A DNA stretch of 63,857 bases, filler included. It is 13 parts of 13 records of this genome, joined end to end, with 100 filler letters (N's around TTAATTAATTAA, not from the genome) between each part and the next. Parts side by side here need not be neighbours in the genome. Positions count along the whole stretch, not along the records: positions 50,468 to 54,508 come from SRR11831586_1902; positions 54,609 to 56,701 come from SRR11831586_1914; positions 56,802 to 58,893 come from SRR11831586_1934; positions 58,994 to 61,441 come from SRR11831586_1937; positions 61,542 to 63,857 come from SRR11831586_1953; 8 more parts are not named here. One strand, given 5' to 3'. Position numbers and translations under genes: made by a program. This document shows, piece after piece, positions 50,773 to 62,571 of this stretch; the stretch's first letter is position 1, and each line of letters begins with the position of its first letter. Under the pieces are notes generated by a model. It ran no database searches, was not told the DNA's origin, and saw nothing but the letters and a program-made list of their open reading frames with translations.

Positions 50773-53345
50773 ATGTTTCGTACAATACTTGCTATTGCCG
50801 AAAGGCGGACAGTCTATGCTTGTGTCATTCGAAGGAAGCAGTCAACCAGCTTCGTCGACACTTTACTGAACGGGACTGCGGATACCCCGCAACCTCTCAA
50901 AAATTATTGTGGCCTGAGTGGGAGAAAGCGTGTTACGCGTGGATCGTACGTGCATGACACCGCTTCCATCTAAAAGGATGATGTTCACATTACGTGGTGT
51001 TTATGTAGTGTTTCCCCACGTTTAACTGTTCCGGACACTATTTCATGGCCTCCCTATGCAGTAACTGGTGTGCCTCCCAACATAAGTGCCGTGCAGAGAC
51101 TGGTACGTGCACCTTCTTGCTGTCTGTTGTGGATTGTATCATGTTGTATCTGTCTGTGTGTCTTTGCGCGCGTGTATGGTGCCTGCGCGTGTGTATGTAT
51201 ACGTCTGGGTGTGCGTACATGCGATGATGGACCTGTGGTGGGGTGGGGAGATCCCATTCATGCTTTGCACCACACTCAGTGAATACTTTTCGTCCTTTGA
51301 TGGAGGTTGACTCCCTGCGTGTGGGTCTCTGCAGAACAAGGTCGAGATAGAGGGTATGCGCAAGGCGGGCAAGTTGGCTCGTCAGGCTCTGCGATATGCG
51401 CTCAGCTTGGTGAAGGTACGTGTTTAGTGGGCGGTGGGGAAAGCGGGTAGATTGTGATGTGTTGCGGTGTGTTTTTGTGCATGGCAATATTTCTGTGCCT
51501 GTGTGTTCATGTGTGCATTTGTGCGTCTTCATCTCTAACGTGTGTTGTTGACTGCACAGCCTGGGGTGACCACGGATGAGATTGACAAGCAGGTGCACAA
51601 GTACATCTGTCGTCATGGCGCATATCCGTCCCCGTTGAATTATCAAAACTTTCCAAAATCTGTGTGCACCAGTGTTAATGAGGTATGTCAATGGCGGTGG
51701 AGTGTTGTGTGCGGGTGCTCATATTATGTGAGTTGTCTTTCTCTGAAGCGCTCTTTCCGTGCTTTGCATTGGGAACGATCCTGGTTTCGTTGTGTGTGTG
51801 TGTGTGTGTGTCTATCCATGTCGTGTCAATTCCGTGTGTCATGTCGTATGATTTGTTGCTTTCTCTCTTTCTATCCACCGTGCATCTATCCTCCTTGAGT
51901 ACCAACCATCTCCTTCTTTCTCCTGCAGATTATCTGTCACGGCATCCCCGATTCACGGCGTCTTCTTGGCACCGACATTATCAATGTGGATGTGACTGTC
52001 TATCTGAACGGCTTTCACGGTGACACGGCTCTGACTGTGCCTGTGTCGGATCGCGTCCCACAGAGTGCGCGTACTCTCATCCAGGTGTGTTCTCGCATTT
52101 GTACGTGTTCGAGCTTCGGAGTAAGTGTTTCGTGTTGTTACCTGTGCGGTACGTGTTCATGCAATTCTTGATTGCGTTCGTCCCTCATCGCGAGGTCCAT
52201 CTATGTATCCAATACGGCGGGTACGGTTTGTATTCTTTGGTGTTGTGGCTGTGTACGATGTGATATTGGCAGTCGATGGGGTGTGTATGGTGAGACTTAC
52301 ATGCATATGCGTGTGTGTGTGTATTGTGCGTACACAGACGACCGAAGAATGTGTGATGAGGGCGATCCAAATCTGCAAGCCTGGTGTACCATACAGCAAG
52401 ATCGGCGAAACTATATTGTAAGCTTTTCTGTCCATATGTGAGCGAGCTGTGATCCTGTGTGTAATGTATAAGTATCAGTATGTGTGTTAGTTTTCGCTCT
52501 CTGTTCACTGGCTCCTCTCTTTTGCACAGTAATCACGCGCGGTCGAAAGGTTACAACGTGTTCGAGGATTTGACTGGGCACGGTGTCAATCGAAACTTTC
52601 ACACTCCGCCCTACATCCACTCCACTCGTACGTATCTCGTTGAGTGAATGAGGCTCTGGATCGCTCTGTTTCGTTTACGCAGTGTTTGATCTTGCTATTT
52701 TGTGTTTGTGAGTTTGTTTGTGGCTATATGTGTGTATGTGTGCGTGTGTGACTGTCTGAAAATGTGTCTCTGTGTATGTGTATATGTGTCTGTCTTTGTT
52801 GTGGTTGTGTTGTGTATTATGTGCCATGAAGGTGGTTGTGGAACCCCCATGCTGTGCATCGTGCTATGCTGTGTGGCTGCCCTTTCGTTGTTCTCATATG
52901 TTCGTTGCGATAGCGAACGATTATCTGGGAGTCATGCAACCGGGGGTCACCTTCACTATCGGTACGTTGCTTTCAAGGAGACTCCCCGTTGGTGCTGAGC
53001 TTGTATTCCCCTTATATATCATGCATTCAAAGATATGTATATATGTGTGTGTTTGCGTGAGTCGACCTATAATCACAAATCTCGTAGTGATATCCTTGTC
53101 CTACCGCCCCTAATCTATCACACACTGTTTCATCATCAAACCCCCGATCTTCCACTTACCCTCGTATGTGCATGGACTCCCCCACCACAGAACCGATCCT
53201 GACAGAGGGGCAAACGGCATGGCGGCTGTGGAAGGACGGCTGGACCATGGAGGCCCTCGATGGCGCACTCAACGCTCAGACTGAGCACACCGTCCTCATC
53301 ACAGAGACGGGGGTCGAAATATTGACCGCCGATGAGCCGGCATGA
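50773..53345 (+). CDS. METAP1D: Organellar type-I methionine aminopeptidase (MAP1D-like), 335 aa; exons 50773-50945, 51009-51102, 51335-51415, 51560-51682, 51929-52084, 52338-52417, 52530-52627, 52914-52961, 53191-53345
   Basis: Exons sum to 1008 nt in frame; [27 protein letters not shown]; five metal ligands present (NVD, HGD, GHG, TIEP, QTEHT); Arg-rich presequence-like N-terminus. Confidence 0.92.
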
Positions 53346-53606
53346 TGTGGGGTGTCATGTGGACAGGTGTTGAATTGATACTGAGTGGGCGTTGCTCCGG
53401 CAAATTCGGAAGCATCCTGTGCCTGTTTATCTTGCCTGCAACAGAGACATGTGCGCGTGTCCTGCTTGCGTTGGATGCACGCAGCGCGCCCGCGGCCCCT
53501 GTGTCTGTGAGCTTATTTCAACCAAATACAACAGCATACACAGATTTATTCCGTTCTCCGCGTACAGTTATCCTCAGTCAACTTGAGTGCTGTGCAGCTG
53601 TGCCGC

Positions 53607-54317
53607 TCACCGGCGCTTATGCCTACAGCAAACACAGTGAACACACAGTAGTGAATACACAGCCACAATCAGACGACACAAAACAGCACGGAGGAAACAA
53701 AACAAAACGTCGCATTCTTCCTGTAACAATCCCCACTATCGCACAACATACTTGGTCTTGGACTTGAACGCGTGTGCGCCCTTCTTGCGGAACGGTTTCC
53801 GCCCTGTGGTTGTGGTTCCGGCAGAGATGTCCTTCTCGAGTGCGCTGGACGAGGGTTCTGCAACAGAGGGATAGTGAGCGAGTGGGTGTGTGCGTGAGTG
53901 TGAGTGTGAGCACGAGAGGGAGTGGGAGTGGGAGTGGGAGTGAAAAAGTACACGATACAGGGAGACGGGAATCACAGCACATAACATACACTGCTCACAC
54001 ACACGGCACACAGCAGCACACCACACACCATACGCCACCTGAACACAAAGAACGGGCGAGTGCCACGGGACGGCGACGAACAGAAGGCAACTATCAACAC
54101 AACTCCACACATCACCAATTTCACGGTTCTGATTGACTAACGACTGAGATTCATAACAAAAAACACAGGAACGTACTGGCAGATCGTTCCTTCTTCGGTC
54201 CTTTCGCCTTCTTTTTCTTCTCCTTGCTCACACCACCGTCCTTGATGCCCATCGCACGCTTAAGCCGTGTCTCCTTCTTCGCATGTTTCGCCTGCGCGCG
54301 CATCTTGAACTCCAGCC
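53607..54317 (-). CDS. DDX27: Probable DEAD-box helicase DDX27/Drs1, last three exons 54317-54177, 53857-53752, 53622-53607
   Basis: Spliced basic tail ending KKGAHAFKSKTKHKRR*, similar to the Drs1/DDX27 C-terminal FKSK.+YKRR signature; helicase core not in the contig. Confidence 0.65.
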
Positions 54318-54608
54318 CTGTTATCGGGAATGTCAGGACAACGTGAAGGGACGAAATGTACAGAACAATGCACAAATATTTAGCACATAAACGAGGCGCT
54401 TAGACCCGCAAGAGCACACAACAGGGATGAATATAGAAAATCTCCCGCAGTAGATGTCACCGCGTGTCAGAGCCTACATGAGGCTACACCCATGTGGTAT
54501 CCACGGTGNNNNNNNNNNNNNNNNNNNNNNNNNNNNNNNNNNNNNNNNNNNNTTAATTAATTAANNNNNNNNNNNNNNNNNNNNNNNNNNNNNNNNNNNN
54601 NNNNNNNN

Positions 54609-54819
54609 GCTGATAGTTGATCCAGCGGTTGCTGGTTATCCCGGCACTCATATCGCTGTTGAGGTTATTGCGATATTCATTCTGATAATCAATCAGCATT
54701 TTGAGCTGTTCTTCCGCCTGCTGACATCCGCGACGCATTTCACCCAGCAGGCGCGCGGCATCCTCTACCTCTTTTTCTGCCAGATCTTTCAGGGTCGCCA
54801 GCGCACCATGTTCTGCCAT
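54609..54819 (-). CDS. fliJ: Flagellar export protein FliJ, 5' part
   Basis: [14 protein letters not shown]...LIDYQNEYR, downstream of fliI. Confidence 0.94.
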
Positions 54820-54837
54820 CTGCCGTTATCTCCTGGG

Positions 54838-56211
54838 TTATGACACTGTCGGGAAAATACGCTCCAGCCCCTGGAGAGACGCTTCCCAGTCCGCGCGTTC
54901 AAAAATGCCTTGTTGCAAATAGCCCTCCAGCTGCGGCCACAGGGCGATGGCTTTATCGAGCATCGGATCGCTGCCTTTGGCATACGCGCCGACGCTAACC
55001 AGATCGCGGTTACGCTGAAAACTCGACAACAGCTGTTTGAAGGTGCGCACTCGCGCGTAATGTTGCTCACTGATCAACGCCGTCATTGCGCGGCTGATCG
55101 ACGCTTCAATATCGATAGCCGGATAGTGCCCGGCTTCCGCCAGTCGGCGAGACAGCACAATGTGACCGTCGAGGATCGCCCGCGCGGAGTCGGCAATCGG
55201 ATCCTGCTGGTCATCGCCTTCAGTGAGCACGGTATAAAACGCGGTAATCGAGCCGCCGCCGCTAATGCCATTTCCGGCACGCTCGACCAGTGCCGGTAAT
55301 TTGGCAAACACCGACGGTGGATAACCTTTGGTGGCGGGGGGTTCGCCAATCGCCAGCGCAATTTCACGCTGGGCCATCGCGTAGCGGGTGAGGGAGTCCA
55401 TAATCAGCAACACATGCTGACCACGATCGCGAAAATCTTCGGCAATGCGCGTGGCATAGGCGGCACCCTGCATTCGCAGGAGCGGAGAAACATCCGCCGG
55501 AGCGGCAATCACCACTGAGCGTGCACGCCCTTCGGCACCGAGGATGTTCTCAATAAAATCTTTTACTTCGCGCCCACGTTCACCAATCAAACCCACGACA
55601 ATGACATCGGCGCGGGTGTAACGTGCCATCATCCCCAGCAGCACACTTTTACCAACGCCGGACCCGGCAAACAGCCCCATACGCTGCCCACGCCCAACGG
55701 TAAGCAGGGCATTGATTGGGCGCACGCCGGTGTCCAGCACATGTTCAATCGGTGTACGTTGCAACGGGTTAAATGGCGGGGTAATCAGCGCACCGGTTTC
55801 CGTCGTATCGGGGGAGGGCAGGCCATCGAGCGGTTTACCGCTGCCGTCCAGAACGCGACCTAATAACGCCGGACCGAGCGGCAACTGCTTGCCGCTTTGC
55901 AGCCCTTCTGCCGAAATGTTTTTGGCATAAACACGCGCGCCGGGCAGGACACCTTCGACTTCCTCCAGCGGCATTAAAAACAGCCGTTGACCGTTAAAGC
56001 CAACGACTTCGCTTTCTACTTCGTGCGTTTCGCTGCCGTTCTGGCGCTCAATGACACAGGTTGCGCCGAGCGGCAATTGTAATCCGGTGGCTTCCAGCAC
56101 CAGCCCGGTAGCGCGGGTTAATCGCCCGTAGCGACGTACCGCAGGCAACTGCGCCATTTTGGCTTCAAAGTTATCCAGCGTGGTTAGCCAGCGAGTCAGG
56201 CGCGTGGTCAT
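54838..56211 (-). CDS. fliI: Flagellar export ATPase
   Basis: [11 protein letters not shown] and [12 protein letters not shown]; 457 aa. Confidence 0.98.
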
Positions 56212-56701
56212 TACACCACTCCTGGTGCTGCCAGACGGCAGAGTTCTTGCCAGCGAGTGGCGACACTGGCGTCGAGATCGCCTTCATCGGCGGAGACTTT
56301 ACAGCCGCCAGGATGGAGGGTGGGATCGCCCCGCAAGCGCCAGCCATGCAAACTTAAGGTAGCGCCGAGCATATCATCCACACGTTGCAGATCATCCGGG
56401 TGCACGCGCAGCTGTGGTTTACCGCTGAATAACGGTTCTTGCTGCAACAACTGTTGGATCTGTTTGATCAGTGCCGAGTTATCCACCGTTGGCGTCTGAC
56501 CGATGACCTGACGTGCCGCCTCCAGCGCCATCTGCATCAGGCGCGACGCTATCACACTATCAAGTGCATCAAGGGTAGTTTGAAATTCGCTGACCAGTTG
56601 CTGCATCCGGGCATGAATTGGCGCTTGTTGAGACTTCGCCTCTGCCAGACCTTGCTCCAGCCCCTGGGCCAGTCCTTCCTGATAGCCCTGCTTATGACCT
56701 T
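56211..56701 (-). CDS. fliH: Flagellar assembly protein FliH, 3' part
   Basis: LRVHPDDL...GGCKV...DASVATRW, overlapping the fliI start. Confidence 0.95.
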
Positions 56702-56853
56702 NNNNNNNNNNNNNNNNNNNNNNNNNNNNNNNNNNNNNNNNNNNNTTAATTAATTAANNNNNNNNNNNNNNNNNNNNNNNNNNNNNNNNNNNNNNNNNNN
56801 NATAAAAAAACACAGTACAGATTTTTCAGAATAAGATCAAGGTGCACACGTAC

Positions 56854-58200
56854 CACCAGTTCCTTTGTACGTCCCCGCAGGACACAGCGTGGGGGTACCC
56901 GCCTGGTTCGAGCAGTCATACCGCGCCGGGCACGTGGTGCAGTTGTATCGTCCCAGCGTGTCACTGTACGTGCCGTTCGGACACGCGATCTGGTTGACGG
57001 TGCCTGTCGGGCAGTAGTAACCCTTGCTGCAGATGGTGGGCGCAGAGTCCGCCGTGGGACAGTACGACCCGCGCGGGCATGTTGTGCATGCTGACAGCCC
57101 CGCTGTGCTCGCATAAGATCCCGTGGGGCAGGTGATGCACTGACCGCCAGCCGGGCCTTTGTATGTGCCCGCCGAGCAGATAACCGGGGCCGCGGTCGGG
57201 TCCAGGCAGCTGTGTCCCAAGGGGCACTGCAGACACGACGCCTGCCCCGCTGTGGGCTGGTAGGTGCCGTTCGTGCACGCGGTGAAGTTGGTGGACGACC
57301 CCGGGCATGCGTATCCCGCGGGGCACAGGCTGGGTGCCTTGGCGGGATCCACACACGCGTACCCGATGGGGCATGCCGTGCAGGACGAGGCGCCGGAGAC
57401 GTTGGCGTATGTGCCCGCGTTGCATGTGAGGCACTGTGACCCGGCACTGCCCTTGTACGTGCCTGCGCTGCAGCGGGTGGGGGTGGCGGCCGGGTTGGTG
57501 CACGACCACCCCGCGGGGCAGTCCAAGCACGTGGACTGGCGGGTCTGGTTTTGGTAAGTGCCGCTAGCGCAAGCAGTGGGTGCGGCCGTGAGACCGGCGC
57601 ACATGAACCCTGCCGTGCAGTTGGTGCATGAGGCTTGTCCACCGAGGGAGTACGTGCCGGCAGGACATGAGATCTAGCGTTGCGCATGTGAGTACAGCAG
57701 GAGTGACACGGGAAACCGCTTTACGAACTTGAGAAAAACTTCAAAGTACGTACTTGCATATCGGAGGTGGCGAGTGGGCACGCAAATCCTACGGAGCATG
57801 AGCTGCAAGATGACGCGCCGCCAAGGGAGAATTGGCCGCTCGCACAAGCCTGCAAACACACGGGAGCAGTGTTAGTGAGTGCGTGAGAAAACAAGTGACA
57901 GTGCGTCGTACAGAACAGGTTCCGCTGGAGGATGCACCCACTGCCGATGATGCAAAGCCCGCAGCGCACGGGACGGGCGAAGATTGATTTCCCGTGCAAC
58001 TGAATCAGTTATAAGCACCATGCATGTGTATTCTCACGGAACGAAACGTACTAGTGGCCCGTAGGGCATTGAAGACATTGACAGGATACGTTATGAACGT
58101 ATTGACCTGCCGTGCAGGATAAACTACATCCTAGAACCTGAGTCGTATCCCACAAAAGGAATACAACCAGAACGGAGATCACAATCCGAAAGATGGACAT
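56854..58200 (-). CDS. Secreted or surface Cys-rich repeat protein (GCC2_GCC3/ephrin-receptor-like repeats), 5' part; exons 58200-58052, 57999-57912, 57849-57754, 57673-56854
   Basis: Signal peptide MSIFRIVISVLVVFLLWDTTQVLG followed by tandem C.AGTY....G...C..CP.G..C repeats; introns of 52, 62 and 80 nt in phase. Confidence 0.85.
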
Positions 58201-58531
58201 TCTCCGCTTTCAGCACTTATTTCTATACATGTGCCGTACTAGTTTGTTAATAACAGAGATGAGTACGGGATATTAGCGTCTCTTTTGCGTTTTGTTCAGT
58301 ACACAACTATTTTGGACGAGCACGAGCGTGATCTTACGGGAAATCTTATTGCGTAGCGGCGCACCTGGTGATTCGCAGTCTCGAGACACCGGAGACAGTC
58401 AATTCCGTGACTCTTGCAATCATAGTCTTGAAGGGGACGGCGGGCGCATCTTTCTTCGCTAATATCGCCTTACCACTCCCACCTCGAAGCATTAGTATAC
58501 TCCCGATTTCGCTTTGTCTAAAACGCTGACA

Positions 58532-58869
58532 ATGCTTGCAATCGGGCGCATGTTGCGCACTGCTGGTTCGTTTGAGCGTGCTGTGACTTTACCCCGTGCA
58601 CAAACAGCACTTCAGCGGCGGTGGTCGTCTTCCGGTGTTGTTGCTGTCCCCGGTATGTTCCCGTGATTTTCGCTTCGTTCGTCGGCGTGTCTCATTTGTT
58701 CCTTGCAGCAACATTGGATACACATAAACTAGTAACAGCACTGCAAGGAAAAGGGTTCTCACCGCAGCAATCCGAGGTAATCGTGGATACGTTTGTAGAC
58801 GTGCTGGAACATAGCTTGGTAGAACAAAAGAAACAGCTCGCCACCAAGTTTGAGTTTGTCAATTTGAAG
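58532..58869 (+). CDS. CCDC90/MCUR1-like (DUF1640) mitochondrial protein, 5' part; exons 58532-58565, 58608-58652, 58709-58869
   Basis: MLAIGRMLRTAALQRRWSS presequence-like start, then LDTHKLVTALQGKGFSPQQSEVIV, matching the DUF1640 head motif DTH.LV..L...GF...QAE.IV. Confidence 0.8.
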
Positions 58870-59571
58870 GTACCCGCAGGATTCTGTGATGTCNNNNNNN
58901 NNNNNNNNNNNNNNNNNNNNNNNNNNNNNNNNNNNNNTTAATTAATTAANNNNNNNNNNNNNNNNNNNNNNNNNNNNNNNNNNNNNNNNNNNNACATGTG
59001 GTTGCTCCGTCGTGGTGGATTCAGTTATGGCGGCATCGTGATCTAACTCAGAAGTGTGAGAATACAACATTCGGATTAGAACATGCCTTTCTCCTCCTCT
59101 GCGTGCTCCTACGACATAGTTAGACATATCGGCAAATTGGTATGATCAGTATCGCACCGGTGCTGCAGCGGATTTGCGCCGTCGTCCCATCTCGACAGAA
59201 AACACTAGGAACTCTCTTTGACTTCACACAGACAAGTCCAATAGCAGTATGTGCACAGAAAAACTGAATGAAAGCCAGTTTTCGAAGGAAACTGAAACTA
59301 ATCATGGAAAAAGGTGACGGAGGTCGTCAAAAAAGTTCCTCTCTCGGAAAATCTCCTCACAGTCAGATAAACTCTGACAGTTCTGCCAAACGCCATTTGG
59401 TACCACTGTGTGTGTTGTGGATGGGGTGATTGTTTAGTCGTGCATGCGAATAATCGAGTGAGCCATACGAGCGTGCGGCACAACTCAATTTTTCGAGCAG
59501 TTTCCCTTTGGATCCTTGAGATCTCGGGTGTAGCGTGACATCTAAACGGACTGTGGAGGCAGACTATTTCC

Positions 59572-61355
59572 ATGAATCTACTTATATCGCGAGCCATGTG
59601 GCTGCGCCATCTGCACCACACTCGTCGCATCCATGATGCCGTGCAATTCAAGCAGAAACTAGCTCACCTCGCTAAACATGATAATATGGACGACTTTATG
59701 CTGTATGTGACCTCGGAAGCCTCCAGCGCCAAAGATGAGCCGAGTTCGCTGGAAGGAATGGCGGTGTCCTTAGGGGAGGCGGCAACCTCTCAGGCAGCAC
59801 TCGGCCGCAACTCTCTTGCCGTCTCCATGTATCGTGCGGCGACACAGCTCTTTGAACAAGCTCGAGCCCCAGAGCGCATACTCTCATCGGGTGTGGCGCG
59901 TGGTCTGGCGGTGAGTCTTCTGCAGGAGAACGATCTGAGCGGGGCCACACAGGCCTTTGAACAGGTTGTGCGTCTTCATCAGCAGCACACACAGAACAAC
60001 ACCGCACAGACAGCCAGTGCCCTGACAGACCTGGCCGAAGTGTACCACGCGCGGGGCATGTTTCGCGAGGAGGTCTCCACGCTCAAGCGTGCGCTGGCGA
60101 TCTACACAGAGAAGCACGGCGAGCAGCACACCACGGTCGCAGCCACCCTCTACAATATGGCCCTGGCACTGCGCGACGCGGGGGACTGGAACCGGGCCCG
60201 CCTGACTGCGCTGCGTGCGCTGACGATAGAGCGAGCGCTGCCCGCTGCGGACGTGGGTGGGACGCTGCTTCTGTTGGCGTCCGTTGAGATGCAGCAGCAG
60301 GGCGAGGAGGCGCAGGCCCGTGCGTATTTTGTGGAGGCGCTGTCGGAGCGGGAGCGTGTGTATGGGGTGGACAGTGCGCAGGTGGTGGATGCGCTGATGC
60401 AGAGGGCGCAGTTTGAGACGGCTGCGGGTGATCTTGTGGTAGTATGCGTGCGGGGGGATGGATGGCGTGTGTTGCGTGTGTGTATATGTGGTGCTGTGTG
60501 TGCCTGTTTGTATGTGAACGCGGGTGTGTGTGTCCGCCTATGTCCTGTGGTTGCCTATGTGTGCATACATACATCCCGGTGGCATTTCCCTCGTCCGTAC
60601 GCATGTAACTGATACAGCCGTACTCGGTCACAGTCGAATCAGTTGCTGGAAAGGGTGCTCTCATCAGCGCAACGGTCGCCACACACAGAGATGGACCCGG
60701 TGTTGTTCAACTTGTCACATCAGTATTCGCAGCTAGGCTTGCATGAGCAGGCTGCTGCACATGCGCGCTCCGTATGTTTGTCTGTTTTACTGTTGTGTGC
60801 GTGCGTCGCGATTGATGACACGTGGATGCTTTTTATGACTTTTATTTAATTTTGTGCGGTGCTGTGGTGTGGCTGATTTTTTGAGTAACCTCGTGTCTCA
60901 CTGTGGTGGTTGGGGATCCCCTATAGCTGGTTGAGCATCGTGTACAAACGCACGGAGAAAGCAACGCGCAGGTTGCCGCCGCACACAACCATCTTGGTAC
61001 GTCTCCAATACTGCAGTAGACTGCGGTTTCAGTGTTAGTCGACTGCCGAATCCTCTCTGTTTGTTTCTCTAAACGGAATGTTCGTGCTTACATTGTTGAA
61101 TAGCGTTTCCTGACTTGCACGTTCTGTAAAAATGCTTCAGTCCGTTCCCCCTCATGTGTTCTATCAAAACCCGCTCATCACAGATTTCATATGTGGTTTG
61201 ATTTTGCAGGTGTGATCTATCGCGCTGCAGGTACCCTCAAACCAGCGGAGGAATCCTTTCATGAGTCTGTGCGTCTGTTCTGTGCGGTGCTCGGTGAGTC
61301 ACATGAGCGGGTCGCAGTGCCGCTGTCCAACCTGGGCGATGTGCTGTGTGCGTTG
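59572..61355 (+). CDS. TPR-repeat protein (kinesin-light-chain/TPR_12 type), 3' truncated; exons 59572-60441, 60634-60771, 60927-60996, 61210-61355
   Basis: Long TPR units: ALAIYTEKHGEQHTTVAATLYNMA; VAAAHNHL-GVIYR; LGESHERVAVPLSNLG; intron phases consistent. Confidence 0.8.
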
Positions 61356-61418
61356 GTGCGTCTATTGAAACGCTACGTGTTGTTGTGTTGGTGTGTTTGT
61401 TGAATATGTGTTGTAGTT

Positions 61419-61441
61419 GTGTGTGTGTGTGTGTGTGTGTG
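61419..61441 (+). repeat. (GT)n microsatellite at the contig end
   Basis: Perfect GT run inside an intron. Confidence 0.9.
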
Positions 61442-61541
61442 NNNNNNNNNNNNNNNNNNNNNNNNNNNNNNNNNNNNNNNNNNNNTTAATTAATTAANNN
61501 NNNNNNNNNNNNNNNNNNNNNNNNNNNNNNNNNNNNNNNNN

Positions 61542-61570
61542 CGGATAAGGCGTTTTCGCCGCATCCGGCA
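61542..61570. repeat. REP element
   Basis: CGGATAAGGCGTTTTCGCCGCATCCGGCA. Confidence 0.85.
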
Positions 61571-61578
61571 ACCTGTCT

Positions 61579-61743
61579 TTACGCGGTAGCTTCATCCTCG
61601 GCTAAACGCGTTTCAGCATCCGCGACGATAGCTTCCAGCTCGCTCAACATCTCTTCATAGCCAAAATTTTTGGCGGTGCGAGCAGGTTCTTTCGCCACCA
61701 CGGGCTTCACCGGCTGGCGCTTTTTGGCCAATTTTTTACTCAT
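61579..61743 (-). CDS. yhaL: YhaL small protein (54 aa, below the ORF-track cutoff)
   Basis: MSKKLAKKRQPVKP...FGYEEMLSELEAIV...ATA*. Confidence 0.85.
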   Translation of the reverse strand: MSKKLAKKRQPVKPVVAKEPARTAKNFGYEEMLSELEAIVADAETRLAEDEATA

Positions 61744-61765
61744 CATCATCTCCCTGTAAAAACAA

Positions 61766-62467
61766 CTAGACAGGCAAATCTATCAGCAAAGCGCGCAGTG
61801 GGGAATCGGCAACCAGCGTAATGTTAGCCTCGTCACGAATAAACGCCCCATCACCGCAGGTCAGCGCCGCTTTCTCTTCATGATGCGTAAGCGCATGAAA
61901 TTTCCCGTGAATCGATTGCAAATACGCGCGTGGCCCATGCAACTGGAAATTCGCACTTTCGCCTTTGTCGAGCACGATATGGTGCAGCCACACTTGCTGG
62001 CGTAATTGCAGGCTTCCCATCGCACCCTCTGGCGAGGCGATTAATTGCTGCTTGCCCATATTAAGCGCCAGCTTTTGAATCAGCGGATTCTCTCGCTGCG
62101 GGCAGGCGTCCAGCCAAAGCTGCATTCGCGTTAACGGTTTGTCTTTGCTGAGATTGTGTTCGCTATAGCTGACACCCGGCTGGGTAGAGAGCAGCAACGC
62201 CTCTCCGGCGCTGGCCTGAACATGATTGCCTTCGCTATCGCGATACTCTGCTTCTCCATCCAGAATCACATTTAAAATATCGACTTTGGGATAGGTTCGC
62301 GGCTGAAAGGCGGCACCTGGGGCCAGCACTTCCTGGTTAAGCACACGCAGGGAGGCATAGCCTAACAATTTCGGGTCGAAGTAGTGTCCAAAGGAAAAAG
62401 TATACCGGGCCTGCAACCATCCGTAGTCTGCTTGTCCACACTGCCTGGCAGTTCGGGTAGTAATCAT
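61766..62467 (-). CDS. yhaK: Bicupin pirin-like protein
   Basis: Pirin-like, lacking the HPH metal motif; 233 aa; divergent from a LysR gene. Confidence 0.94.
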   Translation of the reverse strand: MITTRTARQCGQADYGWLQARYTFSFGHYFDPKLLGYASLRVLNQEVLAPGAAFQPRTYPKVDILNVILDGEAEYRDSEGNHVQASAGEALLLSTQPGVSYSEHNLSKDKPLTRMQLWLDACPQRENPLIQKLALNMGKQQLIASPEGAMGSLQLRQQVWLHHIVLDKGESANFQLHGPRAYLQSIHGKFHALTHHEEKAALTCGDGAFIRDEANITLVADSPLRALLIDLPV

Positions 62468-62571
62468 AATTCTTGACCTCTCTTTACTTCCTTTTATGGT
62501 AAGGGGCTGGACGCTACATTGTTAGCCAGATATTCTGCCCGGTATGTTCAAATTTCCTGAATGAGAACGAA

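Noticed and set aside
58330-58420. Possible tRNA-like sequence (TCAATTCC resembling a T-loop)
   Set aside because: I could not form acceptor, anticodon or T stems on either strand.
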